Below are positions 36,302 to 45,195 of a stretch of 64,000 bases of DNA, piece after piece. Within the stretch, counting starts at the first letter, position 1; each line of letters begins with the position of its first letter. The notes beneath the pieces were generated by a model. The model saw nothing but the letters and a program-made list of their open reading frames with translations. It did not search any database and was not told the DNA's origin. The stretch comes from Candidatus Nomurabacteria bacterium (GTDB lineage: Bacteria; Patescibacteriota; Minisyncoccia; Phycocordibacterales; UBA918): positions 496,594-560,593 of the forward strand of contig CP060228.1 in the NCBI GenBank assembly GCA_023898565.1, given 5' to 3'. The translations under genes were made by a program, and so were the position numbers.

Positions 36302-37426
36302 ATGAAAAAGATTCTTTTAATAATGTCAGTGGCCTGTGCCGTTGTAGTGTTATTCATTGCTCTGGCAGGTATGTATAAGTTTAACTACTTAGCTTCTTTG
36401 CCTGGGTATGATGTTGATGGTAATCAGATTGAAACAACTGATGCTTTTGAAGTGGTTGAAGTGTTAGGTCAAAGTTGTCAATCTGATAACGATTGCGAAA
36501 CTCCAGCAGCCTATGCAATACAGTCGAATTGTCCATACGACTCGGTATGTATTGCAAATAGTTGTGCTGTTGTTTGTCCGCACCCGTTTTCAGGGTCGTC
36601 AATTGATGTTGCTGGCCCGAAGAACGCCGCCTACACGCTAGATGGTGAAACGGTGACTCTGGTTGATGGTGTATCTGAAGCAGAAGTAGCACCTGATTCG
36701 ACAACTAAAATCATCACGCGGTATTTTGGTAACGAAGTACAAACTGATCTCAACAACGATGGTCGTACAGATGCTGTATTTTTACTCACTCAAGAAACAG
36801 GTGGTACGGGAACATTTTTCTACGTTGTTGCGGCGCTCAATACTAAAGACGGGTGGGTCGGATCTCGTGGATACTTTTTGGGGGATCGAATAGCGCCGCA
36901 GTCCACTGAAGTAAGCAGAAACATAAATCATAAGAATGTGATAGTGGTTAATTATGCCGACAGAGAAGACGGCCGGCCGATGTCTGAACAACCGTCTGTT
37001 GGTAAAAGTGTTTGGTTGAAACTAGATATAGACTCAATGACTTTTGGTGAGGTTGTACAAGATTTCGAAGGAGATGCTGATCCAAATGTGATGACGCTTA
37101 ATATGCAGATATGGACATGGGTTAAAACTCAGTACAACAATGATACTGAGTTTACTCCAAACCAAGCAGAAGCGTTTACTCTTGCTTTTACAGAAGAGGG
37201 GACAATTTCAGCTACAACTGATTGTAATTCTATGCATGGTACCTACGAACTCCATGAGAATGAAATTACGTTTGGTCCAATGGCGATGACCAGAATGTTT
37301 TGTGCAGAATCGCAAGAGCAGGAATTTGCAGAAATGTTATCAAAAACTCAATCATATTTTTTTACATCAAGAGGAGAGCTCGTTTTTGAACTGAAGGACG
37401 ACGCTGGCTCGGCGATATTTCGTTAA
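36302..37426 (+). CDS. Secreted/membrane-anchored protein with a Cys-rich segment and a C-terminal META (HslJ-like) domain
   Basis: Signal/TM MKKILLIMSVACAVVVLFIALAG; CQSDNDCETP...CPYDSVCIANSCAVVCP; C-terminal TTDCNSMHGTYELHENEITFGPMAMTRMFC, which is META-domain-like. Confidence 0.5.
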   Translation: MKKILLIMSVACAVVVLFIALAGMYKFNYLASLPGYDVDGNQIETTDAFEVVEVLGQSCQSDNDCETPAAYAIQSNCPYDSVCIANSCAVVCPHPFSGSSIDVAGPKNAAYTLDGETVTLVDGVSEAEVAPDSTTKIITRYFGNEVQTDLNNDGRTDAVFLLTQETGGTGTFFYVVAALNTKDGWVGSRGYFLGDRIAPQSTEVSRNINHKNVIVVNYADREDGRPMSEQPSVGKSVWLKLDIDSMTFGEVVQDFEGDADPNVMTLNMQIWTWVKTQYNNDTEFTPNQAEAFTLAFTEEGTISATTDCNSMHGTYELHENEITFGPMAMTRMFCAESQEQEFAEMLSKTQSYFFTSRGELVFELKDDAGSAIFR

Positions 37427-37463
37427 AACTAACGTGCACTAAATACCTAACAACAGACGATGG

Positions 37464-38402
37464 ATGGTTTGTTATACTGCGGTAATGAATAAACAGGAAA
37501 TGATTGCTGAATTTGCAATTCGGTCGTCATTAGTGAAAGATCCGAAGGTATCATTTTTGGCTGGAGGCTTTGGGAATGAAAACTATCTGATACAAGAGGG
37601 TGATTTACAGTACGTGCTTCGTCTTAAGAAGAGTGATGAACCGCAATTCCGTGATTCGCTAGAGCGTGAATACATATTTTTAAAGTACTACAATGAGTGT
37701 GGTGTAGTATTTTGTCCCAAGGCACTGTATTTTGATTCGAGAGACAACTATCTCATTGAGAGTTTTCTGCCCGGAAAGCTTACTCTGTTAAAAGATTTTA
37801 CCAATGAGCAAGTCGATCAATTTGCTAGGCAGTTGGCCAGTCTGTTTCATCTTAGCGTGCCAGACTTCTATGTCTTTTGTACAAAAAACAATCTAAGAAA
37901 ATATAAGCAAGAAGACCCAATCTCTCTCCTGCAAAAATATGGGTTTGAGCGCTTAGCTGAAGCTAAGCGGTATGGGTTTTCGGGAGAGTCTGCGGCTTGG
38001 CTAGAAGGCTCTTTAAACGAAAATTTGGAATATTTTGAAAATCAAAGTGTAACTGCTGAGCTGGGATTTTCCTGGGGCGATGTGCAGTCAAGTCTGATTA
38101 TTGGCCCAGGCGACGAAATGTACTTTTACGATTTTGAACATACGGTAATTTCTGACTTTAATGATCTGGCATATATTAAAATTCACAGCGGTTTTGATTC
38201 AAGGCAGTTGGAATATTTTGTTGAAAGATGTGCGAAGTATCTCAATAGAAGTACGGATTCTTTAATTTTTAGTATGAATGCTAGTGAGAAAGCAATTCGA
38301 ACCAATGATGCAATTTGGGCCGCGTGGCAGTGGTCTCAAACTGGTGATGCTAGCTTTGAACAAATGTTACATGAGCGGATTGCTTTAGTGAAAGGTTTGT
38401 AG
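37464..38402 (+). CDS. Phosphotransferase-family (APH/choline-kinase-like) protein kinase-fold enzyme, possibly degenerate
   Basis: N-terminal GFGNENYLI...VLRLKK (nucleotide-binding loop and Lys) and a DFE (cation-binding) motif; the catalytic loop is atypical. Confidence 0.4.
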   Translation: MVCYTAVMNKQEMIAEFAIRSSLVKDPKVSFLAGGFGNENYLIQEGDLQYVLRLKKSDEPQFRDSLEREYIFLKYYNECGVVFCPKALYFDSRDNYLIESFLPGKLTLLKDFTNEQVDQFARQLASLFHLSVPDFYVFCTKNNLRKYKQEDPISLLQKYGFERLAEAKRYGFSGESAAWLEGSLNENLEYFENQSVTAELGFSWGDVQSSLIIGPGDEMYFYDFEHTVISDFNDLAYIKIHSGFDSRQLEYFVERCAKYLNRSTDSLIFSMNASEKAIRTNDAIWAAWQWSQTGDASFEQMLHERIALVKGL

Positions 38403-38442
38403 GGAAGGTATGGTGAAGAGTAGGGCAGAGAGTAACGAAACC

Positions 38443-38521
38443 GCCCGGAAAGCGAAGCTTTCCGGGCTTTTTCATTGCCAGTGCCCAAATAAAAAGTGCC
38501 TGGACGTAAGCGTCCAGGCAC
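38443..38521. terminator. Two hairpins forming a convergent terminator pair
   Basis: GCCCGGAAAGCGAAGCTTTCCGGGC followed by TTTTT (plus strand) and AAAAAGTGCCTGGACGTAAGCGTCCAGGCAC (serves the minus strand). Confidence 0.65.
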
Positions 38522-38536
38522 TGATGCTACTTCTCC

Positions 38537-40441
38537 TTACAGGTTAGGCTGCGAACGAATTTCGGGCACGGCACCCCGATAGATCACTGTGGTGTAATCA
38601 TCGGGGTCTGTTTCCGATACGAAATTGTAGCGGTCAAAGAGTGAGCGCATGCGTGGGTTTTTGCTGGCAAAGGTAATCGCGTGCAGTTCCTTCACACCCT
38701 TAGCGCGTGCCCAGTCCACCAGGGCTTCCATGAGGTGCGTACCGATGCCCAGGCCTTGCAGTTCGCTGTGGCGCGAGAATGACACTTCGTATGAGCCCTC
38801 ACTGGTCTGGAAGGCGTGAGCGATGCCGATGATGTAACCTCCTTGCTCCATGACGAATACGCCGTGATGGTTGTAATCCAAGGTGCTGTCGTACAACTTA
38901 ATCAGCCGACTTGAGGCTGTCAGGGTTTCGACAGGCATACACGAAAAGTATCGCGTTTCACGATCTCCTTTAGAAAGATGCGGAATGTACTCCCGGATGA
39001 GCTCGATATCTTCGTGGGTGGCTGGACGCACGATTGCTTCGCTGTCGTTGCGCAGCGTGACCAAGCGGGGAGTGATGGAATCAACTCCTTGCATAGCCGG
39101 CAGCGTTCTGACGTGTTTGGCAATTTGCGTGCGCAAATCAGGGTGCACAATCTGCAACATTCGCGACACCCGAGTTCGATCATCGACCATGCGCAGATCG
39201 GCCAGGCCATACTCCGTAACGATGACGACCGGCAAATCGGCACTGATGGTGTGATGCGCTCCTTCAGGGAGAGTTGGCACAATCTTGCTGATCACCGCGT
39301 CGCCACTTTTTGCAGTGCTCGGCAGTGCAATGAATGACAGACCGCCTTCGGCCCAGGTAGCACCAAGCGCAAAGTCGTTCTGTCCGCCGACGTCTGAGTA
39401 GTAGTGTCGCTGCCGGGTGGCAGCTGCTACTTCACCAGCCAGACTGACTGCCAGTGTGGTGTTTACACTGACCATGTGCCGGTTCTGTTTGATGAGTCCA
39501 GGATCATTGACGAATTGCTGTGGCAAGACCAGGAAGTGCGGATTTTCGTGCATGGTGTCGTAGAGATCTCGACTGCCAAGCACAAAGCCGACAACAGCAT
39601 GGTCGCGCAGATTGGTGCCGCCAGCGCGTTTGATGAGTCCTTTTCGGTACAGGTCCAAAACTCCGTCAGAGAACATCTCTGACCACACGCCTTCGATGCA
39701 CCGATTTTGTGCCGCCAACTGAGCGGCAATGGCATTTGGAATTGCACCAATGCCAAGCTGCAGTATGTGGGGAAGCGTACCGTTTGGAAGAATGTCTTTT
39801 TCGAGCTCTCCCATGATATGTTCAGCAATTTTCTGAGCTGACAAAGCTGCCTCAGCTTTGGGTATCATGGTATGTTCGAGAAGGGGTTGGTCAATGTGAA
39901 CAACAACATCAAAGTCACGTAGATACATTGGGCAGCCGCTCTCGTAGTGCTGGTTTGTTTCGGGATCAAAGTACTGCCCGATATGCCAGCGCGGCATTTG
40001 CGCATTGACGACGGCAATCTTGAATCGAGCAGCTTTGACAGCTGCGTCGTCGAGTCCAGCGTTGAGACCGAGAGTAACTCGCCCCGCTTCGTCCGGCAGA
40101 GATACATGTGCAAAGGCGACATCGGGTCGCCAGGCACCGTCATACAGTCGATGTACCTGCGAGAGGTTGCAGCGGATATTCTTGGCGAGTCCAGCGTTCA
40201 CCAGAGCGCGGACGCCCGGGCCGATAAAAGCGGTGACTGGTGTTACGCCACCAGCAACTGCTTTAGCCCAGTCGTTTGCCTTGCCGAGCGAGAGAAGTTG
40301 AAAGACTTGTGTGCCCTTGATTTGTTGAGCATTGTCGAAAATCCAGCGCTCGACGTCAGTGATGACGGCGGTGTTGCCCGGCAGGTAGCAAACTGACTGT
40401 TTTGAGCCATTCTTTTGCAGCTTGGCTGCGGCTACTGCCAT
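38537..40441 (-). CDS. Fusion protein: acetyl-CoA hydrolase/transferase family domain (about 440 aa) plus a C-terminal GNAT acyltransferase domain
   Basis: SDVGGQNDFALGA, matching the SGVGGQxDF motif of 4-hydroxybutyrate/acetyl-CoA transferases, then a GNAT-like C-terminus (HGVFVMEQGGYIIGIAHA...LQGLGIGTHLMEALVDWARAKG). Confidence 0.6.
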   Translation of the reverse strand: MAVAAAKLQKNGSKQSVCYLPGNTAVITDVERWIFDNAQQIKGTQVFQLLSLGKANDWAKAVAGGVTPVTAFIGPGVRALVNAGLAKNIRCNLSQVHRLYDGAWRPDVAFAHVSLPDEAGRVTLGLNAGLDDAAVKAARFKIAVVNAQMPRWHIGQYFDPETNQHYESGCPMYLRDFDVVVHIDQPLLEHTMIPKAEAALSAQKIAEHIMGELEKDILPNGTLPHILQLGIGAIPNAIAAQLAAQNRCIEGVWSEMFSDGVLDLYRKGLIKRAGGTNLRDHAVVGFVLGSRDLYDTMHENPHFLVLPQQFVNDPGLIKQNRHMVSVNTTLAVSLAGEVAAATRQRHYYSDVGGQNDFALGATWAEGGLSFIALPSTAKSGDAVISKIVPTLPEGAHHTISADLPVVIVTEYGLADLRMVDDRTRVSRMLQIVHPDLRTQIAKHVRTLPAMQGVDSITPRLVTLRNDSEAIVRPATHEDIELIREYIPHLSKGDRETRYFSCMPVETLTASSRLIKLYDSTLDYNHHGVFVMEQGGYIIGIAHAFQTSEGSYEVSFSRHSELQGLGIGTHLMEALVDWARAKGVKELHAITFASKNPRMRSLFDRYNFVSETDPDDYTTVIYRGAVPEIRSQPNL

Positions 40442-40580
40442 GACTTCAGCAATGGTATTGAGGATGCGTTACGACATGGTGCTTCTCCTTGTAGAAAAAG
40501 TAGTGTGACAAAAAACTATAAATCCGCCAGATAGTCTACTCGCGAAAAGGGTGTTGTCAATTTGAGGTGGCGGTGGCAAT

Positions 40581-40621
40581 AAAATCAGCCGGCGCGGACG
40601 AAGTCCGCGCCGGCTGATTTT
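40581..40621. terminator. Long A/T-flanked hairpin downstream of the nitroreductase gene
   Basis: AAAATCAGCCGGCGCGGACGAAGTCCGCGCCGGCTGATTTT. Confidence 0.65.
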
Positions 40622-40637
40622 ATTAAGTGTTACACCG

Positions 40638-41267
40638 CTAGATTTTTTTTACAATATCCTCCAAATCTTTGCGCACTTTCGGATAGTGTTGCCAAGCGTC
40701 ATCGGGTGCACGGTAGCCAAGTGCGAGGATTACCGTGGCGTGAAGGTTGTATTCCTTCAGGCCAAGAATCTCATCATATTGGTCTGGATCGAAGCCGAGC
40801 ATGGCATGGTTGTCTACCTCCGCCTCAGACGCAGCGGCCATCACGGTACCAAGTGCAATAAAAGCTTGATTGGCTGCCCAGTGGGCACGGTTTTCTGGAG
40901 TGCGATTACCCAAATCGCCATTCATGGTGTTTTTAATACCTTCTGCTACATCAGCTGGGAGCTGACGAGCGTCAGCAAGACGGTCGACGTATTCACCAAT
41001 AAACGCTTCATCTATATCGGTACGAGTTGCAAACACAATAAGAGCACTGTTGTATCCTGCGTGCTCCTGTCCGTAGCTGGCGGGGATGAGTCTTTCTTTT
41101 ATGACTCGGTCTTTCACCACCATCATTTCAAACGGCTGGAGACCGTAGGCAGTAGCCGCAAGATTGCCTGCGGTGAGAATCTCGGTAAGTGTCTCTTCTG
41201 GAATGTCTTTGTTGGTATCAAACTTCTGGGTGGCGTAGCGCCACTTGAGCGCATCAATAATGTGCAT
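40638..41267 (-). CDS. Nitroreductase-family NAD(P)H-dependent oxidoreductase
   Basis: N-terminal RYATQKF motif, and the length and pattern of NfsB-like nitroreductases. Confidence 0.75.
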   Translation of the reverse strand: MHIIDALKWRYATQKFDTNKDIPEETLTEILTAGNLAATAYGLQPFEMMVVKDRVIKERLIPASYGQEHAGYNSALIVFATRTDIDEAFIGEYVDRLADARQLPADVAEGIKNTMNGDLGNRTPENRAHWAANQAFIALGTVMAAASEAEVDNHAMLGFDPDQYDEILGLKEYNLHATVILALGYRAPDDAWQHYPKVRKDLEDIVKKI

Positions 41268-41366
41268 AATGATTTTAATAATTTACAAAATAAACCATTA
41301 GAGTGTAGCAATGAAAGTATACAAAGTAAACCTTTAAAAATGTGTAAAAGGTGGTAGTATGTCGTC

Positions 41367-41678
41367 ATGAAGAAAAAGCCACAGATTTGTAGCGAGTGCC
41401 CCGTTAGCAATACGGCCAAAATCGTTGGAGATTTTTGGTTATTACTTATAGTCCGCTCACTTCTCGACGGACCAAAGCGTTTCAATGAATTGGCGGAATC
41501 ACTCCATGGCATTAGTCGTCGAACGCTTACGCAGAAACTTCACAAAGCAGAGGATGAAGAGCTGGTTGTACGTCATGAGTACGCCGAAGCGCCACCGCGA
41601 GTGGAATACAAACTAACTCCGCGCGGCAAGAAGATGCGCGCCATCATTAAGGCGGTAGAAACATTCACCAAGGGGTAG
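41367..41678 (+). CDS. HxlR-family winged-helix transcriptional regulator
   Basis: CPV...IGDFWLLLIVRSLLDGPKRFNEL...ISRRTL...L...GLV.R; divergent from the nitroreductase gene. Confidence 0.75.
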   Translation: MKKKPQICSECPVSNTAKIVGDFWLLLIVRSLLDGPKRFNELAESLHGISRRTLTQKLHKAEDEELVVRHEYAEAPPRVEYKLTPRGKKMRAIIKAVETFTKG

Positions 41679-41689
41679 TGTAAGAAACA

Positions 41690-42301
41690 GTGCTTTCTCG
41701 TGTAGTAATAAGTGAGCAGGCAAGAGTCCTGCTTCGCACTTTGCAAAGGCAACCTTATTACGTAGTTGAAATAGAAAACCGAATGATAAAACAGATAGTG
41801 ATTCCAGCAGCAGCCTTTTTGGTGACTGCAACTGCGGTGAGTGCCTATAGTAATCCAGATTGGTTACATAACCTTGATATCGACCTCACCGATGATCAGG
41901 TATCAGCGCTCGAAGAAGCACACGAAATTAGACAGGCGGCCGATGAAGAAGCCCGCCAAGTGCTTGAGAATGCTGGACTTGATGAAGACAAGATGCACGA
42001 AATCCGCGATGCGATGCATGAGGAGCGAAAAGCTCATCACGAAGCAGTCGAGGCGGCACTTGAAGCTGGAGACTATGACGCTTTTACAGAGGCAATCGCC
42101 GATTCTCCATTTGCTGACGCAATCACATCAGAAGCTGACTTTGAGAAATTCAAAGAAGCTCATGATTTGCGTGAAGCAGGGGATGATGAAGCAGCAGCAG
42201 CCATCATGTCAGAACTTGGGATTGAACGCCCAGAACGCGGCATGAAAGGTGGTCATCGTGGCGACCGCGGCGAAGGAAACTTTGATGAACCTAGTTTTTA
42301 A
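41690..42301 (+). CDS. Periplasmic acidic helical protein, LTXXQ (CpxP/Spy-like) candidate; the likely start is the internal MIKQIV Met at about 41784
   Basis: Signal-like AAAFLVTATAVSA, an LTDDQ motif and repeated acidic helical segments. Confidence 0.4.
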   Translation: MLSRVVISEQARVLLRTLQRQPYYVVEIENRMIKQIVIPAAAFLVTATAVSAYSNPDWLHNLDIDLTDDQVSALEEAHEIRQAADEEARQVLENAGLDEDKMHEIRDAMHEERKAHHEAVEAALEAGDYDAFTEAIADSPFADAITSEADFEKFKEAHDLREAGDDEAAAAIMSELGIERPERGMKGGHRGDRGEGNFDEPSF

Positions 42302-42423
42302 GGAGAGCTTCGCTCGACTATAAAAACGGAAATGCTCCTGTGGCGGTCCTGACCAAGAGAGCTAGGTCGGCAGTCAGTCAGAGTGAGTCACGAAGGATTT
42401 GCTCAAAACCTATACCAGAAAAA

Positions 42424-42449
42424 GCGCGGCCCGAAGGGCCGCGCTTTTT
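42424..42449 (+). terminator. Intrinsic terminator
   Basis: GCGCGGCCCGAAGGGCCGCGC followed by TTTTT. Confidence 0.65.
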
Positions 42450-42489
42450 GTAATACGAATCGGTTTTCAGTGTAATATACAAAGAGCGT

Positions 42490-43044
42490 ATGAATGAAAT
42501 ATTGAGTGATGAAGCAATTGCCGAAGCTGTACAAAATGGTAAGGTTTCCGCTTTTGGTGAGCTTGTTTCGCGCTATGAAGCAAAATTAAAACGATACGCT
42601 CGCAAGTTTCTCTCTCGCGAAGAGGATATTGAAGACTTGGTGCAAGACGTTTTTATAAAGGCCTACGAGCATATTCAATCGTTTAATACTGAACTGCGTT
42701 TTTCGCCGTGGATATATCGCATTGCACACAACGCGTTTGTGAATGAGCTCAGACGAAAAAGTCGCTACGGATTTGGCCTCTTTGATGCTGATGCAATTTT
42801 GCCGCTCATTGCTGCGCCAGAAACTGCGGACCAGGATGCACTTGATGGTGAAGTCCGCGCTGAGCTTGAAAAGTATCTCGCGACACTGGCACCCAAGTAT
42901 CGTGAAGTAATTGTGTTGCATTACTTCGAAGATCTATCGTATCAAGAGATAAGTGACGTGTTACAGGTGCCGGTAAATACCGTGGGAGTGCGCATGACAA
43001 GAGCAAGAGCACAACTAAAGAAGATTATAAGTAATGCTGCATAA
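42490..43044 (+). CDS. ECF-type RNA polymerase sigma factor (sigma-70 regions 2 and 4)
   Basis: Region 2 DLVQDVFIKAY...PWIYRIAHNAFVNELRRK and region 4 LSYQEISDVLQVPVNTVGVRMTRARAQLKK. Confidence 0.85.
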   Translation: MNEILSDEAIAEAVQNGKVSAFGELVSRYEAKLKRYARKFLSREEDIEDLVQDVFIKAYEHIQSFNTELRFSPWIYRIAHNAFVNELRRKSRYGFGLFDADAILPLIAAPETADQDALDGEVRAELEKYLATLAPKYREVIVLHYFEDLSYQEISDVLQVPVNTVGVRMTRARAQLKKIISNAA

Positions 43045-43047
43045 CGT

Positions 43048-44004
43048 ATGAATGATATTAAAGACAACATCATAAAGAAGATCAGGGCCGGTGAAGTTCA
43101 TATGGTGCCACGCTGGCAGTTTGTGCTTAAAGCAGTGCTGTTTGGGGTGAGTGTGCTTATTGTGGCACTTATTGCTGTGTACTTATTGAGTTTTGTGCTG
43201 TTCGTGTTACACGAAACAGGTATCTGGTTCGCGCCAGGCTTCGGCTTGCCTGGAATATTCTTTTTTGTAATTGCCTCGCCGTGGATGCTAATTTCATTGG
43301 TCGGTATCTTTTTGCTCATCTTATATTTTTTGGTCGCACACTATTCATTCAGTTACCGCAAGCCATTGGTTTATTCGCTCATCGGAGTGGTGCTGTTTGT
43401 TATTGCGGTGTCGTCGCTTATTCAGTACACCACCGTACATAAGCGCATTAATGCGTTTGTGGAACGTCACGAAATTCCCGGTCTAGCGCCGCTGTATCGT
43501 GGCCTCACGAAGGAACGTCCGGGTAGTATGGTGGTTGGTACAGTAGAGGCGATTGATAAAACGGAAATTAAAGTAGTGACCGAACGAGCTGGAGTGGTGG
43601 AGGTTGAACTGTCGTCTCGTACTAAGCTTCCGCCAAACAAGTCTATTGAAATTGGCGATGAGGTGATGGTGTTCGGTAACTTCCAAGGAGACGATCTAAT
43701 CGCGTTTGGAGTACGACATGTCAGTGATGGCCTGCCGCCGCCTCCCAAAGATGCTTTTGCTCCAGGTGGGCAACCGCCACGCGTGGAGAATGTTACTACT
43801 CATCAAGAAGCAGAGCGTGAAGATCAGGTTGTTCCACTGGTAGATACGCGGATTGATCTAAAGACCAACAGTAATGACGAACATGTGGTTTGGGACGATG
43901 ATGGAGAAGCAGAAGATATTGAGGATGATGAAGAGGGAGAGGAGCATGACGACGAACATGAGCGTAATGAGCGTGAAAGAGAAGATGAGTTTGAGGATGA
44001 CTAA
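43048..44004 (+). CDS. Membrane protein downstream of the ECF sigma factor (candidate anti-sigma factor) with an acidic C-terminus
   Basis: 3-nt gap from the sigma gene; four hydrophobic helices; C-terminal EEGEEHDDEHERNEREREDEFEDD. Confidence 0.45.
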   Translation: MNDIKDNIIKKIRAGEVHMVPRWQFVLKAVLFGVSVLIVALIAVYLLSFVLFVLHETGIWFAPGFGLPGIFFFVIASPWMLISLVGIFLLILYFLVAHYSFSYRKPLVYSLIGVVLFVIAVSSLIQYTTVHKRINAFVERHEIPGLAPLYRGLTKERPGSMVVGTVEAIDKTEIKVVTERAGVVEVELSSRTKLPPNKSIEIGDEVMVFGNFQGDDLIAFGVRHVSDGLPPPPKDAFAPGGQPPRVENVTTHQEAEREDQVVPLVDTRIDLKTNSNDEHVVWDDDGEAEDIEDDEEGEEHDDEHERNEREREDEFEDD

Positions 44005-44090
44005 TGGCTAGCTATCCTTTACGAATTAATTAATTTTTTGTAAGGTACAAGATGGCCACTATCGGTCGATGACTGAAAAAGGAGTTCTTT

Positions 44091-44324
44091 GTGTCTACAC
44101 GCAAATCTTCCAGCAAGAAACAAGCTTCTGGTCAACAAAAAAAGACTTCGGTCGTTAAGCAGGCGCGTGTCAATCGTCGGCTGAGAGCTGCAGCGAAGCG
44201 TCTGGCACGTGAAAAAAGTCGGCAGGGTCACCAGCAGGCGACACTCAATGGCTTCGTGCATCACCAGCGGACAAAGGGGAAGAAAGTCTCCAAGCGGGAG
44301 GCGGCTAAGCAGTTACTGGCTTAG
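44091..44324 (+). CDS. Small Lys/Arg-rich basic protein (77 aa)
   Basis: SD AAAAAGGAG precedes a GTG start and the ORF is followed by a terminator hairpin; the sequence is K/R/Q/A-rich throughout. Confidence 0.45.
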   Translation: MSTRKSSSKKQASGQQKKTSVVKQARVNRRLRAAAKRLAREKSRQGHQQATLNGFVHHQRTKGKKVSKREAAKQLLA

Positions 44325-44344
44325 TTCCAGGCTCACGAGAGCAA

Positions 44345-44371
44345 ACAAAAGCGGCCTATGGCCGCTTTTTG
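44345..44371 (+). terminator. Intrinsic terminator
   Basis: AAGCGGCCTATGGCCGCTT followed by TTT. Confidence 0.6.
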
Positions 44372-44457
44372 ATGTACCAGACATGCCTGATTCATTGACA
44401 AAAAGCTTATTTACATACATAATATTCACAATAAAACGTTCTTTTTAGGAGGAAATA

Positions 44458-45126
44458 ATGAACTTGCCAATTGAGGTGTGGCAAAGCGCTGCGATTGGTC
44501 TTGGTGTCGTGTCAGTGATTTTGGCTGGCGCGTATCTCATGTGTCGTCGTGAGTGCGTGTTGCTGCGGGCAGAAAATGAAGTGTTACTTCAGCTCGCTAA
44601 CACGGATCAGTTGACTGGCCTAGGTAATCGTCGGCTGTTCTCAGCGCGGGCGGAGTATCTCATGAAGTTGTTACCAACTCCGTCGACAAATCAGGCACGT
44701 TATCGCGAGCGGCAGGCGCATATTCCAGCGTTGACTGCAATCTACATCGATATCGACCATTTCAAGCAGATTAATGACACCTACGGGCATCCTGCCGGCG
44801 ATGTAGTGTTGCGCACACTTGCGGTGCAATTGCGTAAGCTGTTGCGGGACAGCGATCTCATCTGTCGCTTTGGCGGTGAAGAGTTTGTGGTCTTGTTGCC
44901 CGACGATGCAACTGACGCTTTGCGAGTGGCAGAAAAAATCCGTACGGCTATTGCCAACGTTGATTTCGGAATTAAGGATTTGCTGGGTATCACGATTAGC
45001 ATTGGTCTGTGCTCGGTAGCTTGTCAGGTGCCGCTTGACCAGTTGTTGTCCCGAGCGGACGCTGCACTTTATGCCGCCAAACAGAGCGGTCGGAATCGAG
45101 TGGTGGTGTTTCCTTTCTCCGATTGA
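44458..45126 (+). CDS. Membrane-anchored GGDEF diguanylate cyclase
   Basis: N-terminal TM, then RFGGEEFVVLLPD (GGEEF active site) and RNRVVVF. Confidence 0.8.
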   Translation: MNLPIEVWQSAAIGLGVVSVILAGAYLMCRRECVLLRAENEVLLQLANTDQLTGLGNRRLFSARAEYLMKLLPTPSTNQARYRERQAHIPALTAIYIDIDHFKQINDTYGHPAGDVVLRTLAVQLRKLLRDSDLICRFGGEEFVVLLPDDATDALRVAEKIRTAIANVDFGIKDLLGITISIGLCSVACQVPLDQLLSRADAALYAAKQSGRNRVVVFPFSD

Positions 45127-45134
45127 TGATTGTA

Positions 45135-45169
45135 AGACCCGATGTTGCAGCGCAACATCGGGTCTTTTT
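45135..45169 (+). terminator. Intrinsic terminator
   Basis: AGACCCGATGTTGCAGCGCAACATCGGGTCT followed by TTTT. Confidence 0.65.
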
Positions 45170-45195
45170 AATAAAAACACGCCTACAAGCAGTGC

